Assembly: GCA_964360535.1 (NCBI GenBank)
Contig: CAYHXB010000001.1
Location: 1 to 56,950, forward strand
DNA length: 56,950 bases
Source of the DNA: an uncultured Candidatus Saccharibacteria bacterium
GTDB lineage: Bacteria > Patescibacteriota > Minisyncoccia > UBA6257 > 2-01-FULL-56-20
Direction of reading: 5' to 3'
Shown: positions 32,441 through 41,556 of the stretch, one piece after another
How the letters are laid out: each line of letters begins with the position of its first letter
Position numbering within the stretch: the stretch's first letter is position 1
Notes under the pieces: generated by a model
What the model saw: the letters and a program-made list of their open reading frames with translations, nothing else
Told to the model about the DNA's origin: nothing
Database searches by the model: none
Translations under genes and position numbers: made by a program

Positions 32441-33505
32441 ATGAATATATATATATTGCCTGCGGGGCGCGATCAATTCCCGGCTGATTATTTCATAGAT
32501 GGAAAAATTTCGTTCAGGCCGTACGATGGCGGCATTTCCTACGCGCCTTTTTGGAATAAGTTTTATGAACTTTGCGCGCAAAAAGGTATCCAAGTGAAGC
32601 TGTATAGCGAATGGGATAAAAGCAAAAGACAAAATGATGATATTTTAATTGTCTTGAACCATCCGGAGGAAAATTTTTTATGGCTCATTTATAACTGTTT
32701 AACCTATTTACTTAACAGGAAAAATTTTTTTCTGGAACGCAGAAATTTTTTATTTAAAAACCGACAATTTTTCAGAAAAAAGATTTTAATACAACTCGAG
32801 CCTCCGGCGATTGCGCCATATGTGTATTCGCATTTGGACAAAATCAAAAATTCAGGATTTTACGATAAGTTTTTCATTACTGTTAGAGTAAAGAACAAAG
32901 GCTGGGAATACTTGAATTATTTCGAATATAGAACAGAAAACATAATCAGCCAATATTTTAATTCACCGAAAACAAAATACATAACCATGATAAATTCCAA
33001 TGTGCGGCCACATTCATTGAGCAGCGAACTTTATGGAGAGCGTTTAAGGGCAATAAAATTTTTTAGTCAATTCGATGATTTCGATCTCTATGGATTTTAT
33101 TGGAATTCGCTTATACGCCACCCGCTTTATATTTTTTATGGAAAATATATTAAGCGTTCCTGGCGCGGAGCAGTACCTGATAAATTGAAAACATTGAGCG
33201 AATATAAGTTCGCTATATTATTCGAAAACTGCAGCTACCCGGGATGGATAAGTGAAAAAATTTTTGATTGCCTTGCTGTCGGCACAATACCGGTTTATCT
33301 AGGCGCGCCCGATATCAATAATCTAGTTCCCGCAAAATGCATTGTTGATTTTAAGGAATTTATGGATTACCCTAGATTGAATAAGTTTTTGAGAAATATT
33401 TCCGAACGGGAGCTAAATAATCGCCGAAAGCATATCCGCGAATTTCTTTCTTTGTCGCCCGATTCGTCTAAAATAAAAAATTTTGTGAAAAAAGTTACAG
33501 ACTAA
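32441..33505 (+). CDS. GT10-family alpha-1,3/4-fucosyltransferase-like protein
   Basis: 'YKFAILFENCSYPGWISEKIFDCLAVGTIPVYLGAPDI' matches the GT10 FEN...Y.TEK...IP.Y.G motif. An alternative TTG start lies at 32429. Confidence 0.7.
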   Translation: MNIYILPAGRDQFPADYFIDGKISFRPYDGGISYAPFWNKFYELCAQKGIQVKLYSEWDKSKRQNDDILIVLNHPEENFLWLIYNCLTYLLNRKNFFLERRNFLFKNRQFFRKKILIQLEPPAIAPYVYSHLDKIKNSGFYDKFFITVRVKNKGWEYLNYFEYRTENIISQYFNSPKTKYITMINSNVRPHSLSSELYGERLRAIKFFSQFDDFDLYGFYWNSLIRHPLYIFYGKYIKRSWRGAVPDKLKTLSEYKFAILFENCSYPGWISEKIFDCLAVGTIPVYLGAPDINNLVPAKCIVDFKEFMDYPRLNKFLRNISERELNNRRKHIREFLSLSPDSSKIKNFVKKVTD

Positions 33506-33508
33506 ATA

Positions 33509-34738
33509 ATGCCCGGGAAAAACGAAGGAAAACAACTGAAAATAGCCATAGTCCACTTCACTCTTTCCGCTCCGATGGGGGATACGCGATGCGTCGGTTC
33601 GTTTGCCGCTGCACTCCAAATGATGGGGCACAATGTTATGGTTTTTACGCCATCTTTCGATCCCGGGCCATTTTCCGAATTCTGGAAAAAAATAAAAATT
33701 ACGATTGTTCCTCAGAAAGAAACACTTGATTCCATTTTGAAAGAATTTTCTTCAACCAACGTTTTTAAAAAAATAATGGGAAAACTGAAAAACCATTATT
33801 GGTCGGTCCGTACTGCAAAAAACATAGCCCAAAAATTACCGCCGGACATTGATGTTCTCGACTGCCACAACGGCTATGCTTATCAAGTAGCGCGTTTTTA
33901 CAAGAGAATAAATCCGCACGTCAAAGCTATCTGGACTATGCATGATCCACCGGCCAATTACCGCCCCAAAAAGAATTTTTTGGTGGATATTTTAAGCAAA
34001 ATTTCTTTTTATCTCGAGCCGATGTTTGAAAAAAAATTCTACGACGCCGTCGACCATATAGTTGTTATGGATGAAAGAAGCTTTCCAATAGCTCAGAAAT
34101 TTTGTCCATCTGTGTCGCTCCTTTATCTCGGAATCGAGTACAGCCATTTTTTCAATGAAGTAAAATATAAAAGCGATGGTAAAACCGTGCGTTTAATAGC
34201 GATTGGCGCATTGAGTCCATACCGCCGTTTTGAAGATATAATCATGGCCACAAAAGAACTAAGGCGCCGCGGTTATGACGCCAGGGCTGATATAATTTGC
34301 CGCGATTTTTGGGAAAATAAAGGATACAGGAGCGAGTTCGAAAAATTTGTTCAGGATTCCGGAATAAAAAATTACATTAAGCTTGATTTTAAAGGCGTCA
34401 ACGAAAAAGAACTTCTTGATGTTTTTTGGAAAAGCGACATTTTTATTTTTCCGAACCACATTGAAATTTGGGGATTAGCGGCTTTTGAAGCGATGGCGGC
34501 CGGTCTGCCGCTTATTGTTTCCAGCGTGACAAGCGTGGCAGGGGTTTTGAAAGACGGCGAAAACGCGCTTTTTGTAGACCCTCTTCAGCCGAATCAAATA
34601 GCGGACAAAGTGGAACAGCTTACGAAAGACAGAAAATTATACGTAAAAATCGCTTCAAACGGACAAAAATTTACCAAGGACCATATAAGCTGGGACGCGT
34701 ATGTCAGGGATTTTACCGAAATAGCTTTCAAAAAATAA
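33509..34738 (+). CDS. Glycosyltransferase family 4 (GT-B)
   Basis: 'WGLAAFEAMAAGLPLIVSSV...ENALFVDP'. Confidence 0.8.
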   Translation: MPGKNEGKQLKIAIVHFTLSAPMGDTRCVGSFAAALQMMGHNVMVFTPSFDPGPFSEFWKKIKITIVPQKETLDSILKEFSSTNVFKKIMGKLKNHYWSVRTAKNIAQKLPPDIDVLDCHNGYAYQVARFYKRINPHVKAIWTMHDPPANYRPKKNFLVDILSKISFYLEPMFEKKFYDAVDHIVVMDERSFPIAQKFCPSVSLLYLGIEYSHFFNEVKYKSDGKTVRLIAIGALSPYRRFEDIIMATKELRRRGYDARADIICRDFWENKGYRSEFEKFVQDSGIKNYIKLDFKGVNEKELLDVFWKSDIFIFPNHIEIWGLAAFEAMAAGLPLIVSSVTSVAGVLKDGENALFVDPLQPNQIADKVEQLTKDRKLYVKIASNGQKFTKDHISWDAYVRDFTEIAFKK

Positions 34739-34757
34739 TAGTAAACATTTTAATTTC

Positions 34758-35825
34758 ATGAAAATAATTTATACCGGCATACAATATTCTTTTTACAAGA
34801 AAAGCTACGGCCTTAGCTTTGAGCACAATAATTTTTATTTAAGCCTGAAGAACATGCCGGGAGTTGAAGTAATTTATCTGCCTTTTGACCGCATTCTTGA
34901 AGTCGGCAAAAAACGCTTCAACGAAGAACTTAAAGAAGCCATAGACCGCGAGCAGCCGGACCTGCTGTTTGTTTTCATGCTGACAGACGAGGTCAATATG
35001 GAACTCCTCGACGAAATAAGGAAAAAAGGAAAAATGAAAACGCTGGCCTGGTTTTCCGACGACACCTGGCGTTATTACAGCTATTCAAAGCAATGGGCCG
35101 CGCATTTTGACTGGACAGTTACAGTTTACGCCCAGCCATACCAATGGTATCTGAGAGACGGATTCAAAAACGTCATCTATTCGCAATGGGCGGCCAACGT
35201 AAAGCTTTACAGGCCTGCAAACACCAGCCGCAAAACGGACGTCAGTTTCATCGGTTCCTGGAATAAAGAACGTGGTCGGATAGTCGCCGACCTTGTCAAA
35301 AAAGGAGTTCCAGTTTCTTCATTCGGCGCCGGCTGGAAAACTGGACGGCTGAGCGAAAACGACATGATACGCCTTTTTTACGAAAGCAAAGTAAATCTCG
35401 GGATAAATTCTCCCAACGCGGACTTTTCAATCAAATCAATCGGCAAACTTTTTTTCAGGAGGAGCGTTGAAAAAATAGTTCCCGATTTTTGGCACTTCCC
35501 GAGAAATTTCCGCTCATGGCTTGTCGGCAGGAAAATTTCTCAGATAAAGGCGAGAATTTTCGAGATACCGGCCTGCGGCGGATTTCTGCTTACGGGAAAA
35601 GCCGACGATTTGGACAAATTTTTTGAAATAGGAAAAGAAATAGCAGTTTATGAAAAGCCGGAAGATATTCCGAAAATTGTCCGTTATTATCTTTCTCATA
35701 ATGAAGAAAGGGAGCGTATGGCCAAAGCCGGCTATGAACGCGTCATCCGCGATCACACTTACGAAAAAAGACTGGAAGAAATTTTCAAAAAAATCGGACT
35801 GGAAAATGCCCATGGAAATGAATAA
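34758..35825 (+). CDS. CgeB-family (DUF3880-type) glycosyltransferase-like protein
   Basis: 'RIFEIPACGGFLLTGKADDL' and 'AKAGYERVIRDHTYEKRLEEIF'. Confidence 0.6.
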   Translation: MKIIYTGIQYSFYKKSYGLSFEHNNFYLSLKNMPGVEVIYLPFDRILEVGKKRFNEELKEAIDREQPDLLFVFMLTDEVNMELLDEIRKKGKMKTLAWFSDDTWRYYSYSKQWAAHFDWTVTVYAQPYQWYLRDGFKNVIYSQWAANVKLYRPANTSRKTDVSFIGSWNKERGRIVADLVKKGVPVSSFGAGWKTGRLSENDMIRLFYESKVNLGINSPNADFSIKSIGKLFFRRSVEKIVPDFWHFPRNFRSWLVGRKISQIKARIFEIPACGGFLLTGKADDLDKFFEIGKEIAVYEKPEDIPKIVRYYLSHNEERERMAKAGYERVIRDHTYEKRLEEIFKKIGLENAHGNE

Positions 35826-36783
35826 AAAACCGCTAGTTTCAATTTTGATAACCGCATACAATGCCGAGAAATTCATAAAAACGGCGCTGGAGTCGGCTTT
35901 GAGCCAAACCTATCCGAATGTCGAAGTCGTTATCGTCAATGACGGTTCAACCGACGGCACGGCTGGCGTTATGAAGCCGTATCTTAAAGACAAAAAAATT
36001 ATTTATTTCGAACAGCCCAATGGCGGAATTTCCATAGCGAGAAACAAAGCCTTTGAATTGTCACGCGGCTACTATATTACTTTTCTGGATGCAGACGATT
36101 TTTATGCTCCGGATAAAATTGAAAAAGAAGCCGAATTTCTTGAATCAAGTCCTGATTACGGCGCCGTCTACTGCCGTGTTTTGAGTTTTTACGACGGAGT
36201 TCCCGAGACCATGTACGGATATGACCGGCCGATGCCGGAAGGAGACATTTTCCGCGAGCTCTTAAAACACCAGTTCATAAATCCCGGTTCCGTTATGATG
36301 CGGCGCGAAGTTTTCGCTTCCGAGAACGGATTCAATCCGGATTTCCGCGACGCCGAGGACTGGGATTTGTGGAGGCGCTTGGCTTATCGGGGCGTCAAGT
36401 TCGGTTTCGTGAACAAGCCGCTACATCACAACAGGATAAGCAGAGGAACCCTTTCCGGCTTTCATAATCAGGTGAAGATGAAGAAAATGAACCTGATAAG
36501 CTTTGAAAATCTTTTTTCCAGAATGACGGAAGAAGAAAGGGAAAAATATGGAGCAAAAAAAATCATCCGTCTGCTAAGAATAAAATTGGGCGTGGCGCAT
36601 CTGCTTCTTTCAGAAAAGAAACAGGCGTTGGCTCTTTTTAAAGAAGCTTCGCGCGGAAGTATTTGGGCGATTTTTTATCCGTTCATATTGTTTTTTGTTT
36701 TATTAATGCCCGGCGGCTTCATTTCCTGGACCATAAAGTTCTTTTGGCAACTCAAGCATAAGATGCTATTTTATAAGGAATGA
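35818..36783 (+). CDS. Glycosyltransferase family 2
   Basis: 'VSILITAYNAEKFI' and 'FLDADDF' (DxD). Alternative in-frame ATGs lie at 35806 and 35812. The C-terminus has TM helices. Confidence 0.8.
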   Translation: MNKKPLVSILITAYNAEKFIKTALESALSQTYPNVEVVIVNDGSTDGTAGVMKPYLKDKKIIYFEQPNGGISIARNKAFELSRGYYITFLDADDFYAPDKIEKEAEFLESSPDYGAVYCRVLSFYDGVPETMYGYDRPMPEGDIFRELLKHQFINPGSVMMRREVFASENGFNPDFRDAEDWDLWRRLAYRGVKFGFVNKPLHHNRISRGTLSGFHNQVKMKKMNLISFENLFSRMTEEEREKYGAKKIIRLLRIKLGVAHLLLSEKKQALALFKEASRGSIWAIFYPFILFFVLLMPGGFISWTIKFFWQLKHKMLFYKE

Positions 36784-36906
36784 ATCCCGTTAGAGACAAA
36801 CATTCAATGATTTGCAAAATATCCCATATATTAACTCTCAAAAAGTCGGTTGCCGTTCAAGCGGCTTATTTACGGTTGTCTAAAGACAACCTGTCTCTAA
36901 CGGGAT
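36784..36906 (+). repeat. Junction element copy 2
   Basis: TIRs ATCCCGTTAGAGACA (36784..36798) and TGTCTCTAACGGGAT (36892..36906). Hairpins at 36852..36865 and 36874..36891. Confidence 0.85.
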
Positions 36907-37963
36907 GAAAAGAGAGAAGATTTTAATAACCGGAGGAGCGGGATTTATCGGTTCTCACACGGCCGACGCGCTTTCAGAAAAGGGATATTCCGTAGTCATT
37001 CTGGACAATCTTCAGCCGCCGGCGCACAAGGGGCGTTGGCCGAAATACGTTTTGAACAAGGGATTCACGCTCATACGCGGAGATGTTCGCAAAAGAGAAG
37101 ATTTGCTCAAGGCGCTTAAGGGCGTTTCTTACGTTTATCATCTGGCGGCCTACCAGGACCAGCGGCCTGATTTCAGCAAATTCTTTCACACTAACACGGT
37201 CAGTTCCGCGATTATTTATGAATTGATCGTTGAAAAGAAGCTACCGGTCAAAAAGGTTATTCTGGCCAGCACGCAGTTTGCCTACGGCGACGGCGTTTAC
37301 CAGTGCAAACACAACGGAAAGTTTTTCTTCCCTGAGGTCAGGACCGAAAAACAATTCAAATCGAAAAAGTTCGACATACTTTGCAAACACGGCCAGCATG
37401 CAAAGTATTATCCGCTCCGCGAAGAACAGCAGCTGACGCCGACCAATGCATACGGCCTTTCTAAGGAAGCCATTGAGCGGCTGGCGCTCCGTTTCGGCAA
37501 AACCTATGGCATACCGACGACGCTTCTACGCTATTCAATAGTCCAGGGACCTAGGCAGTCGCCGCTTAATCTTTATTCCGGCGCCCTCCGCATATTCGTC
37601 ACGCAGGCACTTTCCGGAAAGCCGATTACCGTTTACGAAGACGGCAATCAGACGCGCGATTTCGTTAACATAAACGATGTCGTCGCGGCAAATCTGCTTG
37701 CCATGAAAAACAAAAAAACAAACTTCGAAATTTTCAATGTCGGAGGAGGAAAGGCCTTAAAAGTGGTTGATTTCGCGAAACTCGTCAAAAAAATAATTCC
37801 TACGAAGTCACAAATAGTAATCGGAGGATTCAGGAGAACCGACACACGCCACGCCGTATCAGATGTTTCAAAACTTAAAAAACTCGGCTGGAAGCCGAAA
37901 TTCACTCCCGAAAAATCCGTTAAGGATTACGCCGAGTGGTATCGGAGCGAATATGGCGCGTAA
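36905..37963 (+). CDS. NAD-dependent epimerase/dehydratase family SDR
   Basis: 'ILITGGAGFIGSHT', 'YGLSKEAIE' (YxxxK) and 'DGNQTRDFVNINDV'. Confidence 0.8.
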   Translation: MKREKILITGGAGFIGSHTADALSEKGYSVVILDNLQPPAHKGRWPKYVLNKGFTLIRGDVRKREDLLKALKGVSYVYHLAAYQDQRPDFSKFFHTNTVSSAIIYELIVEKKLPVKKVILASTQFAYGDGVYQCKHNGKFFFPEVRTEKQFKSKKFDILCKHGQHAKYYPLREEQQLTPTNAYGLSKEAIERLALRFGKTYGIPTTLLRYSIVQGPRQSPLNLYSGALRIFVTQALSGKPITVYEDGNQTRDFVNINDVVAANLLAMKNKKTNFEIFNVGGGKALKVVDFAKLVKKIIPTKSQIVIGGFRRTDTRHAVSDVSKLKKLGWKPKFTPEKSVKDYAEWYRSEYGA

Positions 37964-38005
37964 CGGCGTTGCCGGGCTGATATCGCGGCCGAAGATATTT
38001 TTAAG

Positions 38006-39598
38006 ATGGGTCCTCAAATCAACATTTTTCTCGAAAATAAAAAGACACGCCTTATAGTGCTTGTCGTATTGGTGGCGCTTTACGGAGTTTTGCTGACGCA
38101 TAACATCACGGCGCCGTTTTCGGGGATTCTTGATGATGAACCGGCTTTATTCGGAATTGCGGTCAAGGCCTGGATAGCGTATTCTCCGATGGCATTCGGC
38201 TTCGGACTATGGCTCCCCAACTGGATATGGGGCGGAAACGGATATTTTTTCCAGCATCCCCAATTAATCGGTATCCCCCTCTACTTGTCGTATTTGTTTT
38301 TCGGCATCGGTGAATGGCAGACGCGGCTTCCAGCGATACTGTTTTCCCTTTTTTCGCTTGTCGTATTTTGGTTTTTGATTGAACGCGCGTTTCGCAATCA
38401 TTTTTTGACATTCACCGCGTCGTTCTTTTTTGCGCTTTTTCCCACTTCTGTTTTTTTTGGCAGAATGACGTCGTTTCACACGATAGTAGGGTTCTTCACT
38501 CTTCTCTCTTTCCTTCTTTTGCTTCTTATTGAAACAGAAAAGAAGCAAAAATATGTTTGGCTTTTTCTCTTAAGTGTTGTTGTCGGCGGCCTTGCGGACT
38601 GGACATATTTCTTGGCGGCGTTCGCGGCGTGGATATATGTACTTTTCAAGAAAGATATGGCGTATCACCGCGTTTTGTTATGGACGCTGCCGCTCGCAGT
38701 GGCAGCGTCCGTTTCAATAACCGCGCTTCAAGTGATTCTCGTGGGAGGCGTTGACGCAATTTGGCAGGTGCCGAGCACTTTTATCAATCGCACAACCCAA
38801 TATACTGCTTCGTTCATAAAGCTGATTTTATTCAGAGGAGAGAATGAAATCCGAATGTTCACCGGCATAGGTCTTACGCTTGCCTTGATTGGCGCCGTGT
38901 TTCTGTTCAGGAAGAAGGAACATCGGCTTTTCGCCGGAATGCTTGCGTTTCAGGGCGTGGTGTATCTTGCGTTAATCGGCGGCTGGTCTTTGGCCCAAAA
39001 CCACCCTTTTTGGAGTTTCCATCTTGTACCTTTTATCGCTCTGGCGGCCGCCTACGCGCTTCAAAAAGTTAAACATATTGCATTTATTGCGTTGGTTGCG
39101 ATATTCATTTTTGAAAGTTTCTGGTTCCTTTACGCATTGTTTAACACAAGGTCCTTTGAAAAAGACGATTACGCGCTTTTCAAAAAGGTCAGCCAGGAAG
39201 TTCCGGCCCAAGAACGCATTTGCTCGGGCAAAATAGGTCCTACATACGCCCAGACGTTTATTTTTGGCCATGATATGGAATACGGTTTGTGCGCCGATTC
39301 CCGTTATGCGGTAATGAGAAGATGGGGACCGGCAATTGATTATGCCAAAAATTTATCATACGGCCTTGAGAAGCCCTTTTCTTCAAACGCAAGAAAAAGC
39401 TCGCCGGAAGTCGCTCTTGTCATAGAAGCAGTGAAACTATTTCCGGAATTGAAGGCGCGCGTCGCGCATCTTATTGGAGATGGTGGCGCCGACTATCGCA
39501 GTAATATTGCGATTGCCGCAGAAGAGGAGTATCTTAGACAACAGCGTGGTTTCAGAGAAATAGAATGCTCAACCGATTTTTGTTTTTATATAAAATGA
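38006..39598 (+). CDS. GT-C fold glycosyltransferase-like membrane protein (ArnT/PMT, GT39/83-like)
   Basis: 530 aa with more than 10 TM helices. The acidic 'DDEP' motif sits in the first external loop, and there is a soluble C-terminal domain. Confidence 0.5.
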   Translation: MGPQINIFLENKKTRLIVLVVLVALYGVLLTHNITAPFSGILDDEPALFGIAVKAWIAYSPMAFGFGLWLPNWIWGGNGYFFQHPQLIGIPLYLSYLFFGIGEWQTRLPAILFSLFSLVVFWFLIERAFRNHFLTFTASFFFALFPTSVFFGRMTSFHTIVGFFTLLSFLLLLLIETEKKQKYVWLFLLSVVVGGLADWTYFLAAFAAWIYVLFKKDMAYHRVLLWTLPLAVAASVSITALQVILVGGVDAIWQVPSTFINRTTQYTASFIKLILFRGENEIRMFTGIGLTLALIGAVFLFRKKEHRLFAGMLAFQGVVYLALIGGWSLAQNHPFWSFHLVPFIALAAAYALQKVKHIAFIALVAIFIFESFWFLYALFNTRSFEKDDYALFKKVSQEVPAQERICSGKIGPTYAQTFIFGHDMEYGLCADSRYAVMRRWGPAIDYAKNLSYGLEKPFSSNARKSSPEVALVIEAVKLFPELKARVAHLIGDGGADYRSNIAIAAEEEYLRQQRGFREIECSTDFCFYIK

Positions 39599-39624
39599 AA
39601 CGAGAGTTCAGAATTTAAAAAACA

Positions 39625-40248
39625 ATGTTCAGGAAAATAAATCTTTTAATTCAAGGGATACTTACCTTTAAGGACTGGCATCTTTGGGTGGGGGACAGGT
39701 TCAAAATTCTGACGCCCGGGAAAATAACATTATTCAGATTGAGAAACGGCATATCGTTTTTTCTGACACAAGGAGAACAGGGATTCGGTTCGTTCCAGGA
39801 AATTTTTATTGAGGAGCGTTACAACAAATATTACAAAATAAAATCCGGAGACAAAATTGTTGACATCGGTTCTGGGATAGGAGAGTACATAGTGTATTCG
39901 GAAAAGCGCGGGGCAAACGCAGTCGGCTATGAAGCCGACGAGAAAAGATTTCTTTTCAGCAAGTTGAATATTTTGATTAACAAATGCAAGGGAGAAACTT
40001 TTCATAAACGCGTTGTTTCTCTCGATGATATTGGAAACAGCGATATAGATTTTTTAAAAATGGACATTGAGGGGGGCGAATTTAAAATCGCGGAAAACAC
40101 CAAAGATTTCCGGCGATTTAAAAATATCGCGATGGAATTTCATGATTTGCCGGAGCCGTTTGAAAATAAGCTTAAAGGACAGAATTTTGACGTCAAAACG
40201 GAATATACTTCCAAAGATTCCGGGTATCTTTACGCGACAAGAAAATAA
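39625..40248 (+). CDS. FkbM-family methyltransferase
   Basis: 'IVDIGSGIGEY' and 'FLKMDIEGGEFKI'. Confidence 0.75.
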   Translation: MFRKINLLIQGILTFKDWHLWVGDRFKILTPGKITLFRLRNGISFFLTQGEQGFGSFQEIFIEERYNKYYKIKSGDKIVDIGSGIGEYIVYSEKRGANAVGYEADEKRFLFSKLNILINKCKGETFHKRVVSLDDIGNSDIDFLKMDIEGGEFKIAENTKDFRRFKNIAMEFHDLPEPFENKLKGQNFDVKTEYTSKDSGYLYATRK

Positions 40249-40251
40249 AAT

Positions 40252-41496
40252 TCAGGCATACATGGCCATTCCCGCTATAAGCCAAATCAGGCGGAAAAGA
40301 GACATATTGTCGAACATAGCGGCGACTAAAAGTCCGGCAAGCGAAGAAAACAGGTAAGCAAGCCACAAGCGGTTTTGGAAAGCCGCATTTTTTATTTTTA
40401 TTGAAGTATTTTTGAAAGCGGAGAACAAAAGCAGGATGAATCCTGCCAATCCGACAGGTCCCGCGAGAACGAGAAATTCAAGAATGGTATTGTGCGGGCC
40501 TTGCGGTCCGGCGCCGACATTGACCGGTTCGTAATTTACGCCGAATCCTAGGGGGTGTTCCGCAAGTTTATTCGCATATATTTTCCAAAGTTCAAGACGG
40601 TGAGAGTCAGCCAGAAGTCCGAATACCGGTTTTCCGGCGAACGCCTTAGTATCGTTACTCAAAATTTCAGGATTATCCGCTACGGGAAAAATTCTGGTAA
40701 TAACCATATTTTTAACCTGTGGCTGCAATTGCAGTACGGAAAAACCCAGCAGAAAAACGATAGTCGCAGTCAATATTGTGGCTAATATTTTTTTTAATCC
40801 GGGTTTTATTAGGAAAAGAAACAGAAGAAACGCTACTCCAAATCCAAGCCATGAAGCTCTTGATTGGGTCCAGAGAATGATCGCAGACAAGCCGACTGCT
40901 GCCGTATAAATAAAAGCCGACGATTTTTTATCCGAACCTGTTTTTTGAAACAGGAAAACAACCATTAAAACCAAGCTCGGGATAAGATAATACCCGACAT
41001 TGGAAGGCCAGTTTTCGAAAAGATTGAATCGATACATCGCTATTATAAAATCGGCGTTAGGAAACAGGAGGGTGGGCAGGTAAACAAGCGTAGATAACTG
41101 CGCCAGCGCCGCTTTCTTGTAAAAGTTTCCATCAAAGCTTTGGAAAAACGAAACCAGAAAAATTATAAAAAAGACTTCGGCGAATCTGCCTATGTTTAGA
41201 ATGCCTTCTTTGGTAAAAGATGTTCCGTCAAAAAAATATCCGCTTAAGGATGCTATTATTAGTCCCAGGGAAACAAGCGACAGACCGATAAGTACTTTTT
41301 TGCTGGAAAGAAAATCTTTATATCCCGTTTTGAACCGGATGATTACATAAAGCGCGGCAATGGCCGAAAGCGCGAAAAGAATATCACTCGAGCGTTTTAT
41401 AAAAAACGGATATGAATTGTTCCTGACAATGAGAAGCGCGACTCCGGCCAGGAAAAGATATTTACCGACAACAATTATTTTTTCTTTGAGCTCCAT
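40252..41496 (-). CDS. O-antigen ligase family (Wzy_C) membrane protein
   Basis: 414 aa, polytopic, with 'WTQSRASWLGFG' and 'GPHNTILEFL'. Confidence 0.7.
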   Translation of the reverse strand: MELKEKIIVVGKYLFLAGVALLIVRNNSYPFFIKRSSDILFALSAIAALYVIIRFKTGYKDFLSSKKVLIGLSLVSLGLIIASLSGYFFDGTSFTKEGILNIGRFAEVFFIIFLVSFFQSFDGNFYKKAALAQLSTLVYLPTLLFPNADFIIAMYRFNLFENWPSNVGYYLIPSLVLMVVFLFQKTGSDKKSSAFIYTAAVGLSAIILWTQSRASWLGFGVAFLLFLFLIKPGLKKILATILTATIVFLLGFSVLQLQPQVKNMVITRIFPVADNPEILSNDTKAFAGKPVFGLLADSHRLELWKIYANKLAEHPLGFGVNYEPVNVGAGPQGPHNTILEFLVLAGPVGLAGFILLLFSAFKNTSIKIKNAAFQNRLWLAYLFSSLAGLLVAAMFDNMSLFRLIWLIAGMAMYA

Positions 41497-41556
41497 TCTG
41501 CTAAACTTTGATTATATACCAATCAGTCGGAATCGCCATATATTGATGCTGCATTT

